Below are positions 9,307-19,624 of a DNA stretch of 64,000 bases, piece after piece (the first letter of the stretch is position 1; each line of letters begins with the position of its first letter). Under the pieces are notes generated by a model, which searched no databases, was not told where the DNA came from, and was given only the letters and a program-made list of their open reading frames with translations. Where the stretch lies: the NCBI GenBank assembly GCA_030867685.1, contig JAQOWU010000003.1, forward strand, positions 868,001 through 932,000, in the 5' to 3' direction. The stretch comes from Wickerhamiella versatilis. Taxonomy: Eukaryota. Made by a program: the position numbers and the translations under genes.

Positions 9307-10197
9307 TTAAGACCCAAGATTCACCTTTACCGTGGAAAACTTGCGTAATGCATGCGAAAATACCTGATAAGATACCACACCCCCATTATCCGGCTGATGA
9401 AACAGCTCTGTGACACGAATGTGCCATGGTGGGTATCCTTGAAGATCCAACTCGCTACCAAAAGTAATCAGGAGATCTGGCTCCCCGCCAACACGGGCTT
9501 TAAGCTCCGCATCAACTGTTTTCAACGTAATATCCGAGGGGTTTAAAGCACCCTGTGCCGCAAGCCCAGCATATGTCTTCGCAAGCTCAACAATAGCTGG
9601 TTTTCCATCCTTCTCACTTATGATATCAATGCGAAGCATAGGATCTGAATCACCAACAACCGTGCGTCCTGCGTCAGTAGTCACAGTGAAACGTGGCAAC
9701 CGAATGTCGCCAAAATATTGAGCTAGACGTGAGGCCACTGCTTCTCGAATACGCTCTGCCCCGACTTCCGTCAAAACACCAGAGCGTTCATACAAAGTAA
9801 GTTGTGAAGAGCCGACACCAATACACCAGCTCGCAACCTCTCCACAGTCGAAAAGAAGTCCCTCAACACCTCCACCAGAATAATGTGGACCCCTTATTGT
9901 AAGGATCACTGCGATATGGCAGGGGATCTTATCGAGACGAGAAATATCTTTCCTAATTAGTTGGGGCTCGCAATGATGATAGCGCGTTGCCCTCGCGAGC
10001 GCATAGCATGATTGACGGCACGTTCGGCGAACGTACTTGTAGATTACCAGGATCAGAAAGAAAATTTGTAAAACAAACCATGCTGGCTTGTAACCCTCAT
10101 CTCTACGAGGAAGTAACTCGTAGGCCAGCATCGAAGTCGGTGAGGATTCAGAGTGTGTAAGCTGAGCTCTATGTGTGAAGTTAGTTACATGCACCAT
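9307..10197 (-). CDS. NUS1: Dehydrodolichyl diphosphate synthase subunit Nus1/NgBR
   Basis: LDKIPCHIAVIL, LYERSGVL, DGKPAIVELAK, EPDLLITFG...LQGYPPWHIRVTE, C-terminal VNLGS. The real start may be the second Met. Confidence 0.92.
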   Translation of the reverse strand: MVHVTNFTHRAQLTHSESSPTSMLAYELLPRRDEGYKPAWFVLQIFFLILVIYKYVRRTCRQSCYALARATRYHHCEPQLIRKDISRLDKIPCHIAVILTIRGPHYSGGGVEGLLFDCGEVASWCIGVGSSQLTLYERSGVLTEVGAERIREAVASRLAQYFGDIRLPRFTVTTDAGRTVVGDSDPMLRIDIISEKDGKPAIVELAKTYAGLAAQGALNPSDITLKTVDAELKARVGGEPDLLITFGSELDLQGYPPWHIRVTELFHQPDNGGVVSYQVFSHALRKFSTVKVNLGS

Positions 10198-10342
10198 GAA
10201 TTCACCCTTACCCTATGATCTGTAGGGCTGAATGAGTTCTCTGACAATTTATTTACAATAACAAAATAACACATAGTACTATGCAAATTAAGAAGGTAGA
10301 GAGAGAATAAAGTTGGGAGATGATTTATGTAGTTTTTCCCTT

Positions 10343-12199
10343 TCAACCCAACGCGAGTGACGAACGCGGTGACCCCCCATCCTGAGGAGCTGCTCCCTTT
10401 CCCAGGTCAAAATTCAGGTGTAGTGGAGACGTCGGTCGAGACTGTGGGCGTAAACGGGGGAGACTGAGTGGCATCTGGTCACCAGGAGTCTCTGCACCCT
10501 TTGTAAATTCCCCAGTAACACTACCGGCGCTTTTGCTAACAGTGCGACCCTTGATGCTTTCCAAATGGGCAATTCTAAGCTCCAAGGCTCTGATTTCATG
10601 GTCTTTACGCTCATGCATTGTCCTCAATGCCTCTCGTAAAACTGATCTTTGCTCTTCCAGTGTTCTCACCCGCTCTCCTTGAGAACCACGGTCACTGAGC
10701 TCATCCAGTTGTTTACGCAAACGAGAATTCTCACGCTCTATCGCTTTTATATGTTCTGAGGAGCCGCGTTTCACACTTGACATCTGTGCCTGAACCTGGT
10801 TTTCCCTCAACCTTTCCTTAAGTTCACGGTCCCCTTTCTGCAAGTCAATAAGCTCGGATTGTTGCAGTTCGTATTTGCTTTTCAGGATTTCATATTGCTG
10901 GCTCCGCAGGTCTAGGAGCTGCGTGGCTTCAGAGTAGCGATACTCCAAGTCTGCATAACGACCGATATCGTATGCCGCGCGTGACTGGCCTTCAATTGCT
11001 GCTCGCTTGGCTCTCTCAAGCCCCAGGTTGCGTTCAGCGGTGGCTAGTGCAGATGCATGCTGAGCAAGCTCATTGTGTGGGTTGAGACCAAGCTCACGAC
11101 GAGCAGACTCTCCGAGCTCGATAGAAAGTATCAGTATTTCATGTCTGAGCTTTGCCAGCTCCTCGGGGTCGGGCCTCGACAAAGGACCCGATCCATCACC
11201 GGATGGTTCAGATGTCATATTATGATTAGGCACGTCAAAATCAAAACTATCATGAGAGCGAGCATTTTGCGGCTGTGGACTATAAGGCATTGGTAGAGGC
11301 GCTGGACTTTGTGGCCGAGAATCACTCCTCATGTTGGGCCACGGCGAGGATGGTCCACGAGGAGCTTGGGGATAGAGCTGCTGCTGGTATGATGTTCTTT
11401 GGGGGGGTCTTTGTGGGGAAGGCGGATAGTATCCTTGAGGCGGGTGTAACTGCGGAGTCGACCCGTTCCCATAAGGCATATTCATTGCTGGAGGGCCAAC
11501 TGCTGGAGGCGGCCTAACCGACATAGGCCGAGGCATCGGGTTTCCAGGTGCAGTGGGATACATTCTACCATCCGCGCCCTGGAAATACATTGGTCCATTT
11601 GGAGGCATTGGATTGCCAAAAGCAGGTGGCATCGACTGCATGGATTGCATGGACATGGTACGCGGTGGTCCAGATGTCATACTCATTGCACGCGGTGGTG
11701 CACTGTGTACACCCACTGAGGGCGGCATAGGGGGATAGACACCGCTTTCAGAGGACAGCAGTTGCCGTCGACTTTCCACCATTTTATGTCGGTATTTGTC
11801 CTGCGGCTTGGAAGCTCCTCGATTAGGGCCACTTCCAGGGGCCATGGTTGGTATTATAGGAGTAGTATCCTGGCTTATCATTCCACTCGTAAGACTCTGA
11901 GGGCGACCTCCATGCACAGGTGCGGGATACCTAGCTCTGTCGCGTAACCCACTGATATCATTATAACTTAGATCAGGTCCACCAAAATCCGTGTTGCTTG
12001 GGCCTTCATCCTCATCAGAATCGCCTCCACCAGGAAACCCCCCGCTATAATCACCTTTCCGTCGTAAACGGCTTAAAATATTTCGCGAGGAAGACTGCGA
12101 CGCGCGTCGCCTCGATGGCATTCCGAAATCTTCATCGTCAAAAGGAACCGATAATCCACTGTCTGCTCTTTGTTTCGACTGCCGCCTATTAGAGTACAT
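10343..12199 (-). CDS. Hypothetical protein with Pro/Ser/Met-rich N-half and coiled-coil C-half
   Basis: 618-aa ORF; repeated R(A/T/P)MS motifs; heptad-rich L/E/R region from about aa 345 to 550. Confidence 0.8.
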   Translation of the reverse strand: MYSNRRQSKQRADSGLSVPFDDEDFGMPSRRRASQSSSRNILSRLRRKGDYSGGFPGGGDSDEDEGPSNTDFGGPDLSYNDISGLRDRARYPAPVHGGRPQSLTSGMISQDTTPIIPTMAPGSGPNRGASKPQDKYRHKMVESRRQLLSSESGVYPPMPPSVGVHSAPPRAMSMTSGPPRTMSMQSMQSMPPAFGNPMPPNGPMYFQGADGRMYPTAPGNPMPRPMSVRPPPAVGPPAMNMPYGNGSTPQLHPPQGYYPPSPQRPPQRTSYQQQLYPQAPRGPSSPWPNMRSDSRPQSPAPLPMPYSPQPQNARSHDSFDFDVPNHNMTSEPSGDGSGPLSRPDPEELAKLRHEILILSIELGESARRELGLNPHNELAQHASALATAERNLGLERAKRAAIEGQSRAAYDIGRYADLEYRYSEATQLLDLRSQQYEILKSKYELQQSELIDLQKGDRELKERLRENQVQAQMSSVKRGSSEHIKAIERENSRLRKQLDELSDRGSQGERVRTLEEQRSVLREALRTMHERKDHEIRALELRIAHLESIKGRTVSKSAGSVTGEFTKGAETPGDQMPLSLPRLRPQSRPTSPLHLNFDLGKGAAPQDGGSPRSSLALG

Positions 12200-12204
12200 C
12201 TAAA

Positions 12205-12214
12205 TGACGCGTCA
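12205..12214. promoter_or_regulatory. Palindromic MCB element TGACGCGTCA
   Basis: Perfect 10-bp palindrome containing ACGCGT, 7 bp upstream of the ATG at 12199. Confidence 0.5.
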
Positions 12215-12675
12215 AATAACAAAAGATCTGGCTCGAGCGGAACAGAATGAAACTGTCAGCACGTTTCACGTGACACGCACCGGCCCACTATCTCCGGTCC
12301 TTAAACAAAATAGCCAGCGCTAGCCAGCGCTCGGTCCCACTATATGTGCAATGGTTAATTTTCGTGTGCGAGTATTGCGTCAAATGCTGTGTTCCCCTTT
12401 GGGTTTCCTAAAATAATGCGTATATCGACAAAATTGGAACTTACCTACATATAGCCACCTCAAAGCTTAAATTAAAAATATATTAGAGACTTACTGCTAA
12501 AAGAAGGGCAGCCCAGCTCAATTTCTTTCAGTATGATGTCATATAATTGGATTCGGCAGTATCAGCCATACACTCACCCTTCCTTCTTCTTGGTTTCCAT
12601 TATTCGAATGGATGTGGCATGAAGTGGAGTGGGGCATGGGTAAATCATTAATTAGATACTAACGAAACTAAATAA

Positions 12676-13038
12676 TCATTTCTTCATAATTCGTCCGACA
12701 ATATTGTACCGCAGGCTGAAAAATCTAAACCAGTCATCGAGCACTCGCTTCTCCTTTTCAGACAGATCCTCCCACTGAGGTACAGCGTCAGTCGGGTCTA
12801 GGCTAGATTTTGCCAGAGCCCGCGATGCATCCTTTCCCGCGAAAACATGATATCCTTTGCCTGGACCGTAAGAAGCAGAGTTGCGTGAACAGTCGAACAC
12901 TGTGCCCTTAATGGCAACGTATATCTTATTGGACTTTACACCATCACACAGGGATAATTCAGAAGGCGTTATTGCATCGTCTCTCGGGGGATCAAGTTTC
13001 ACTGCAACCTTAGGGGCAAAGCGGTCACTCTGTGACAT
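12676..13038 (-). CDS. Cytochrome b5-like heme/steroid-binding protein (MAPR family, no TM segment)
   Basis: IYVAIKGTVFD, YGPGKGYHVFAGKDASRALAK, LDDWFRFFSLRYNIVG. Confidence 0.9.
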   Translation of the reverse strand: MSQSDRFAPKVAVKLDPPRDDAITPSELSLCDGVKSNKIYVAIKGTVFDCSRNSASYGPGKGYHVFAGKDASRALAKSSLDPTDAVPQWEDLSEKEKRVLDDWFRFFSLRYNIVGRIMKK

Positions 13039-13097
13039 TTGGCCGAGTTGTGTTATTAGTCAAATAATATGTAATCTATCTTTTTCATATGAGATGT

Positions 13098-14609
13098 TTA
13101 CTGACGTGCTAAATAAATTCCTGCAATCAAAGGTAATAAAAATATAAGCAGCTTCCAGAGACGAGACTTTAGGTTCGATTGCCTCAAAGAGAGTACCGAT
13201 AAATGTCTGTAAAGCAATCTAACGATCGCAACCTTGCTGGATTTATATGGTGGATAGCGAAAGTTGAGTAGCACCTCAGCCCACGAAGGCTGGTTCAACA
13301 CCGGTCTCTCAAATGAAAATTCGTCAAATCCAAACTTTCCGTGATATCTGCCTACTCCAGATGATCCAACGCCACCAAAAGGGAAAGAGCAGGACGCGCC
13401 CTGTATCACGCAATCGTTGACACAAACCGCACCCGACCTGGTCTGGGAAATCAAACGATTGGCTTCTGATGTACTTTTGGTCATAACGTATAAGGCCAAT
13501 GGATGATCATTTCGGCGTACTATGCATGAGCCTTCCTGGAGAACATCCTGAACAATCATCAGGGGAAGTATTGGATTAAATAGCTCATCCTTCATCAGGG
13601 AATCATTAATAGTGACACCCACAGCAAGTGTGGGTGGAAAGAACTTGCTCTCTCTATCTGGTATGCCCAATTGCTCAACCCGTCCGGCGGTATTTCTCAC
13701 CAAATCCATAGCCCTATCAAAATGCCTGGTCGTAACAAGATGTGCATAGTCTGGTGAGTTTGCGTTAAGGTTAGGATAGAGCTGGTGAACAGCAGCGGTA
13801 TATTTTGTAACAAAATTCTCCGCTACTTCCTCATCTATGATAACATAGTCGGGTGCAATACAAGTTTGGCCAGCATTAATCAGTTTACCCCAAGCAACCC
13901 TTCTGGCTACCAGGTCGATATCTGCATTCCTAGTCACAAGAACGGGACTTTTCCCACCAAGTTCCAAGGTAATTGGCGTGAGTTGTTCAGCTGCAGCATG
14001 TGCAACCACTTTCCCCACCCCACATGAGCCTGTTAGCATGATTTTATCCCAATTCATGTTCAGAAGTTTAGTGGAATGCTCAACCCCCCCTACTATACAT
14101 TGGCAGACCTGGGAATTAAGTACACTCAGCACTTTCTTAACAACAGATGTGCTATTCCAGGCGACTTCCGTGGGTTTGACTACCACAGTATTACCAGCAG
14201 CTATTGCAGAGACGAGCGGTACAATTAGGCATAAGTATGGATAATTCCAGGGTCCCTGTATCAGAACTACACCGTAAGGCGTCTTCCGAAGATAAGGTCG
14301 TCCATGGGCAATTGTCAGGTCAAAAGGAAGGGCCTCATCTGCAGCCCATTTGTCGAGGGAATTGATTGCGAGAGAAATCTCCGCTGTAACTGCATTCAGC
14401 TCCAGAATTTCTGATTCAGCGCCACTTCGATGAATGTCATGCCGCAGTGCCTGCTTCAATTCTTCTTCATGGTACTTCACAGAAGCATATAGTTTGCCGA
14501 GTTGTTCCTTTCGAAATTTCACATCCAGGGTTATCCCAGAATTGAAGCCATTGCGTACTGAAGCGACTTTGGAGTCAATTTGTTCGAGCGGGGTATATTC
14601 CAGGGTCAT
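13098..14609 (-). CDS. HFD1: Fatty aldehyde dehydrogenase (ALDH3 type)
   Basis: PWNYP, AAGNTVVVKPTE, catalytic Glu in LELGGKSP and Cys in GQTCIAPDY, PFGGVGSSG, RYPPY, C-terminal TM anchor. Confidence 0.92.
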   Translation of the reverse strand: MTLEYTPLEQIDSKVASVRNGFNSGITLDVKFRKEQLGKLYASVKYHEEELKQALRHDIHRSGAESEILELNAVTAEISLAINSLDKWAADEALPFDLTIAHGRPYLRKTPYGVVLIQGPWNYPYLCLIVPLVSAIAAGNTVVVKPTEVAWNSTSVVKKVLSVLNSQVCQCIVGGVEHSTKLLNMNWDKIMLTGSCGVGKVVAHAAAEQLTPITLELGGKSPVLVTRNADIDLVARRVAWGKLINAGQTCIAPDYVIIDEEVAENFVTKYTAAVHQLYPNLNANSPDYAHLVTTRHFDRAMDLVRNTAGRVEQLGIPDRESKFFPPTLAVGVTINDSLMKDELFNPILPLMIVQDVLQEGSCIVRRNDHPLALYVMTKSTSEANRLISQTRSGAVCVNDCVIQGASCSFPFGGVGSSGVGRYHGKFGFDEFSFERPVLNQPSWAEVLLNFRYPPYKSSKVAIVRLLYRHLSVLSLRQSNLKSRLWKLLIFLLPLIAGIYLARQ

Positions 14610-14843
14610 GTCAGATTAGTAAACAGAAGGTTCATGCATAGAGCTTAAGTGAGGAGGGCCCTGGAAATATGGGCTATAAAATACTCCCACGATTTGCAAA
14701 AGTATTTCTTCCAGCATTTGTTCCGCTAACTCTACAACTTCAACTTGTTTTTACAAGCAGGTAAGCAGGATTTATTGCTAGAATTGATTCCTTTCGATAC
14801 GACAGTTTGTTACATAACTCTAGTTGTGGAATTAGTAACGTAA

Positions 14844-15173
14844 ATGGAATTTATTCAAGGACTGTGGGACGGTATTTTGAACCCTGGTACGACACCAGCG
14901 CTCGTAATAGCTACACATGCTAGCTTCGCATGTCTCGAACTTGTTCTGTTCTTAATGCTTTGGGCTAGTCGCAGCTTGCATTTTGTCGCACTTATAATCC
15001 TGGCTACGTGTTTATGGATGGCAATCACGTGGTTCATAGGTGAAGCTGAGGCTTACAGACAAAAAGAGGGCGAGAAAAGTCCAAAACCTGATCAGCAAAA
15101 TACAAATAATGCAGAAGTTTCGTCCAAAGAACCTTCTTCCACGAGTGTGAAACGCAGAGCTCGCAAAATTTAG
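14844..15173 (+). CDS. PKR1: V-ATPase assembly factor Pkr1
   Basis: LWDGILNPGTTPALVIATHASF, two TM segments, LWMAITWFIGE. Confidence 0.9.
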   Translation: MEFIQGLWDGILNPGTTPALVIATHASFACLELVLFLMLWASRSLHFVALIILATCLWMAITWFIGEAEAYRQKEGEKSPKPDQQNTNNAEVSSKEPSSTSVKRRARKI

Positions 15174-15779
15174 AGAAACTTACTTGTCCTAAGCACATCT
15201 TTGAGCTTATTATTATCTACCACACTCGTGAAAATCTTCATTTCTTAAGGCGTTGCCTCCAGGACTCAAGCCGTAGCAGTGTCTTTGAAGGTCGTCCATG
15301 AACAAAACTTATGACCAACAAAGATAGTTTCTTTTGTTGGAATAGCGCATATAGTTATCATCATAATCCATAGCCCGTCTTAATGTTGCCTCTCTACCAT
15401 TAGAGTCCTCCTAGTGCACCGGAACCCTTATCAAAGCCGGCAATTGCTGCTTCCGCGACTACTGAAGCACACTATTTGAAGTATTGTTCCTCCTAGAGAT
15501 CACTTCGACCTAATTTAAATCAGTAGCGACAAACACCAGAATGTAAGATTTTTTTCACTCTATTCATTTTAATAACTACACATATTACCACCTAGGGGTA
15601 ATGGTTCATATGACAACGCTCTTCCACATGCATGGGGCAAATAGTTTGCACCTTCTATAGCTAATATAATACGGATAAAAGCCAATTGCATGGTGAAAAT
15701 AGGGTAAGACGGACCTCCCTTATAACAACGTTTAAAATTCCAAGCAGAAAGGTGATTGTTGTTACCTAGTGCTTATAAG

Positions 15780-16352
15780 TTAGAAGTCGCCACCATCGAA
15801 GTCGCCGCCACCACCATCGTCTCCTCCATCATCACCATAGTAATTATTCTCAATCACATCATGGCCACCACCATCCATAGCCTCTCCCAACATCATGCCT
15901 CCTAGTAGGCCTGCACCCGTACCGAGAGCCGCACCGCCCCAACCGGGTCCACTTCCTCCAAATCGACTCCCGCGGCCAGCATATGGCTGCTGAACATACT
16001 GCGGCTGGGGAGCGTACTGCGGTTGAGGAGGGTACTGAGGCTGAGGAGGATACTGCGGTCCCCTGCTGTTCTGTCCCTGCATGTATGCCTGGTGCAACAT
16101 TTTTTCATGTCGAAGCTGCTCTAACTCAGCTCGTTCACTTTCTCTTGTACTATCTGCGCTATTGTAGCTCGGGGGTGGACCTGTCGGGGGGCCCGCCGGG
16201 GATGGGGCAGGATGTTCCCATTGCGATTTTCCACTGGAAAGATCAACATAATACCAAGTCTTATAGCGGTCATCGAACTTAGCGAGCCATCCATTGGGCA
16301 CCGCTGGAGCGCTCTGACCCGAGCTTGAGCTTGATTGCTGAACCTTACTCAT
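15780..16352 (-). CDS. WWM1: WW-domain protein Wwm1
   Basis: VPNGWLAKFDDRYKTWYYVDLSSGKSQWEHP, PPPSY, PQY repeats, GAGLLGGMML, C-terminal DFDGGDF. Confidence 0.9.
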   Translation of the reverse strand: MSKVQQSSSSSGQSAPAVPNGWLAKFDDRYKTWYYVDLSSGKSQWEHPAPSPAGPPTGPPPSYNSADSTRESERAELEQLRHEKMLHQAYMQGQNSRGPQYPPQPQYPPQPQYAPQPQYVQQPYAGRGSRFGGSGPGWGGAALGTGAGLLGGMMLGEAMDGGGHDVIENNYYGDDGGDDGGGGDFDGGDF

Positions 16353-16644
16353 AACTTTACAACTCCTTACGCCATCCTACAGCTTATGTTCTCCCTGGGG
16401 AGCTGGTGCCTGTCACCCTAACCCTGATCCTTATTTACCTTCAGAAAACGAACGCTTTTTGTTAAAAATATTTGGGCGCTCTTTACACAGGAAAGAGCTG
16501 GAGGATGTAAATATCAACCTAAGAACCTTTAATTATATGACCGCCCGATCGCACGCCAGCTTACTTACTTATTATATCAAGACTGCATCAAATCGGATCT
16601 GAGTTCAGGTGGCTTGTAGTACTCAAGTGGAACCGATCAATTGT

Positions 16645-18138
16645 ATGGTATGGCAGTCGTTAGTACACCAAGGTCCACCGTTCCCACCTCCTTATGTATC
16701 CCTTCCTCAAGGAGGAGGGGTGCTTTCTCAAGGCTTGGCATGCCAGCTACCCCCTGAGGCTGAAGAAGCCGCTCGACTCTGGGTCGGGAGCGGTATTCGG
16801 GACATCCCTGAAGCAGCCACTACATTTTCAAAACATTTTAATAATATCCAAGATTGTGATCACAGGTTTGAGGATCTGGACCTGTCTAGATTGCCTGCCC
16901 TGAAATACCATGAGGAACTAGTCGAGTGTGACTGCTGGGTTAATGGCATACGAGCAACATATGAATGTCCAAGTTTCCTTCCTGCTATAGATAGCGAAGG
17001 AAACTTTTATCCACGCGTTCGGCCTCAAGATGTTGAAATCAATGTGTCAGAGGGGGTTGTGCTTGCATTGAGCTCTTGGAAGCACGTCTGGTGTATCCCA
17101 CAGGAGGACTGGCTGGCTAGGTGGAGTGGAGGTGTGATTGAAGTACCTAAGTTTGGCCCTCAGCTTTCGTTTGATAAGGCACGGTCGCTCAAATCAATAA
17201 TGTCGCTGCTTCGTCGAGACTACCGTCTTGCCCTTGACAGCCACTTGTGGCAGGAGCGTCAGTGGGCAACCACTCTCTACTTTGTTGATGCACTTACGCT
17301 CCCATCAGCCCTACCAAGTCGGCCAGGTAAAAATGATGGTCTTCGTTGCAGTGAGGTACAGCTGGTAGAGCCTAATTTAATAAAGACCCGTCTGGGACAA
17401 TACTTTGTGCATCGAAGAGTATTTCTCAATCTTGCATTGTTCATACGTGACCTAAACTCGGACCAGCCGATTCTTATGAGTTACAGCAGTCTTAATATGC
17501 TACTAAAGCTGGAATACGGTGACGCGTGCACTCATCTTGCTATTGTTAGGTATAATGCCACAGCATTGTGCGTCTCGCGATTGGAAAAGTTGCAGTACAG
17601 TACGGACCTGCAGCTACGTCGCATATTTGCCATCATATGGAATATGCTACATGAACCAAGAGAACTTAGTACTGAGTCGGTTGACAAAATTGAGCACCTA
17701 CGTGCTGAAATTGTCAGGCGAAAACTTCAGATGTGGGACAAGCATAGATCACAATGCCGCCAAAGGCTACCGAGAGCTTTTTTCAAGGGGATAACGAGTC
17801 TCAATAAGGAACGTTATTTGTCTAAACTAGCAAAAGCCTCTGGTCGCAGTCGTAAAAGTCCGGCTGAAACGCGGCAAATGTGGTCGAATGAATTGGAAAA
17901 GGGTGAATGGAAACGACCAAAAGCATTTTTAAAGTTGTTGCAAGAAATTGAATTTATGGAGAGTGAAATCGCCAGCGAGCATATGCGAGCAGTCTGGGCT
18001 CCTAATAATGTTGATCCCCGAGTCATCGTGGCGTATGCAAAAAAGCAGGGTATTCAACCGGCTACGCTATTTGGCGGAATGCACCGAAAAAAAACGTTCG
18101 AGTGGGCTCTTGGTACCCCCGCGAAGTGGGACTGGTGA
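16645..18138 (+). CDS. Divergent DNA topoisomerase IB (Top1)-like protein, predicted catalytically inactive
   Basis: Colinear Top1 motifs: WQSLVHQGPPFPPPY, PEAEEAA, RVRPQDVEIN, WLARW, FDKARSLK...RRDY, ERQWATTLYFVD, VFLNLALF, RYNAT, NNVDPRVIVAYAKK...FEWAL...WDW. First in-frame ATG is at 16645; the track start at 16609 is GTG. Confidence 0.85.
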   Translation: MVWQSLVHQGPPFPPPYVSLPQGGGVLSQGLACQLPPEAEEAARLWVGSGIRDIPEAATTFSKHFNNIQDCDHRFEDLDLSRLPALKYHEELVECDCWVNGIRATYECPSFLPAIDSEGNFYPRVRPQDVEINVSEGVVLALSSWKHVWCIPQEDWLARWSGGVIEVPKFGPQLSFDKARSLKSIMSLLRRDYRLALDSHLWQERQWATTLYFVDALTLPSALPSRPGKNDGLRCSEVQLVEPNLIKTRLGQYFVHRRVFLNLALFIRDLNSDQPILMSYSSLNMLLKLEYGDACTHLAIVRYNATALCVSRLEKLQYSTDLQLRRIFAIIWNMLHEPRELSTESVDKIEHLRAEIVRRKLQMWDKHRSQCRQRLPRAFFKGITSLNKERYLSKLAKASGRSRKSPAETRQMWSNELEKGEWKRPKAFLKLLQEIEFMESEIASEHMRAVWAPNNVDPRVIVAYAKKQGIQPATLFGGMHRKKTFEWALGTPAKWDW

Positions 18139-18718
18139 TTGTAGCTCGTAGAAGCTATGAAAGTACTTTAGAATCTGACGCCAGTAAGATGCTTCCATTG
18201 TATATATAGATTCTTGCTTAGAGTACTCTCGCAGATCCTTGTGACAAGAACAGATGTATAATACATAGCAATTAAACTTCTTTAATTCTCATTAACAGAA
18301 CCCATCCAGGGTGGTAAAATGCTAACAGTATATACAGCGCTAGCTTGGCAGCCTTCTTAATACCTGAGACTGTTACAGATTGGCCGAAAACCGTAATTTG
18401 AAGATTACAACTATATTATTTTGTTACATAGCAACAAATACTTGTTTTAAAGGGTAGTTTCTTATTACTTTTCCACGTTCAAAAGCTCATACAACGATGC
18501 ATACCGAGCTTGGATCGGCTGAGCAGCTGCCATGCATACATACACAAAGCGGCAAACCTGGCGCACCACTGGCTAGCAAGAGAGGCGCCATAATTTGAGG
18601 TTAAAACAGCATAAATACACGAGATTGAGTCTAAATAAAAAATATACCTTCCAAAAATTTTAAATTTTACTTGATGAACTCGCCAAGTCAAATAGTCTAC
18701 GTTTGTTAGTAATCAGAT

Positions 18719-19096
18719 ATGGATCTTTTGGACCGGCCTCGTAATGAGCTAAATGAGGTTGACCTCACACGGCTTGAGGAATACGAGACTAGACATGGCC
18801 CATTGTCAGTACTAAGAAGAGCTATGAATGATGGTACGCCGGTACTCATCTCGTGCCGAAATAATCACAAGCTTTTGGGCCGCGTACGAGCGTTCGACCG
18901 CCATTCCAATATGGTGCTGGAGAACGTAAAAGAACTCTGGACAGAAACCCCACGAAACTCCAAAGGTAAAAAAGGAAAATCTGTTAATCGTGATAGATTT
19001 ATCTCTAAGATGTTCTTACGTGGTGACGGTGTTGTACTTGTGTTAAGAGCTGCCCCAAAAAAGGTAGAAACCTCGGAGGAGGCACCCACCGATTGA
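18719..19096 (+). CDS. SMD2: Sm D2 snRNP core protein
   Basis: [54 protein letters not shown]. Confidence 0.97.
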   Translation: MDLLDRPRNELNEVDLTRLEEYETRHGPLSVLRRAMNDGTPVLISCRNNHKLLGRVRAFDRHSNMVLENVKELWTETPRNSKGKKGKSVNRDRFISKMFLRGDGVVLVLRAAPKKVETSEEAPTD

Positions 19097-19231
19097 CATC
19101 TGAGGAATGTGATACTTTGTAATGATATTTAAGCTCGTCTCGTTATCAGACTGGTCGCCGAACAACGAATTAATGCAATATACATACATATGCATACATA
19201 GATGACATTCTATTTACATTGAGGCTTTCTT

Positions 19232-19624
19232 CTAATCCACATCAAGATCTAGCTCCTTTTCCAAATTATCCTTCGCCTCCGACTTCAGAAGCTTGCCGAG
19301 GGTAACCGAAGGGTCCCTATAGTAAATCCATTTACCGTCGTCAGAGAAATCAAAACGTTTAGGGCCGGACACTGGAGAAGACAGCCAGATTTGCTTGCTG
19401 GGGGGCTGCTTGTTCACAACATACGTACCAACAGGGGGGAGCTGGATTGTAAGTACGCCTTGCGACAAGTCCACATCAATGTCAGGATTGTCTTCAATGA
19501 GGCCCTCGTAACTACCTAAGATACGGTCGAGCGTTTCATCACTCAATTCGTGATACCTTTGGGTTGATATAAGTCGTCTAGCTCCCCATGCGGTTGATAA
19601 ACGTCGGGGCAAAAAGCGAAACAT
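19232..19624 (-). CDS. YFH1: Frataxin, mitochondrial
   Basis: Arg-rich presequence; GVLTIQLPPVGTYVVNKQPPSKQIWLSSPVSGPKRFD. Confidence 0.96.
   Translation of the reverse strand: MFRFLPRRLSTAWGARRLISTQRYHELSDETLDRILGSYEGLIEDNPDIDVDLSQGVLTIQLPPVGTYVVNKQPPSKQIWLSSPVSGPKRFDFSDDGKWIYYRDPSVTLGKLLKSEAKDNLEKELDLDVD

Noticed and set aside
12253-12446. ACTTACCT (like the U1 5' end) or a minus-strand 5'-UTR intron GTAAGT...GCTGACAG
   Set aside because: No U1 stem-loops or Sm site follow. The intron is possible but cannot be supported without transcripts.
15315-15365. Inverted repeat CCAACAAAGA/TCTTTTGTTGG and a minus-strand ATGATGA
   Set aside because: No box D at a suitable distance and no recognisable RNA family.
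18184-18330. Two hairpins with an ATAATA hinge and terminal ACA (H/ACA-like), and GTAAGA...TGCTAACAG (intron-like)
   Set aside because: The first hairpin is short, the pocket-to-ACA distance (about 24 nt) is non-canonical, and I could assign no rRNA target. It probably belongs to the 3' region of the Top1-like gene, though an Rfam scan would be worthwhile.
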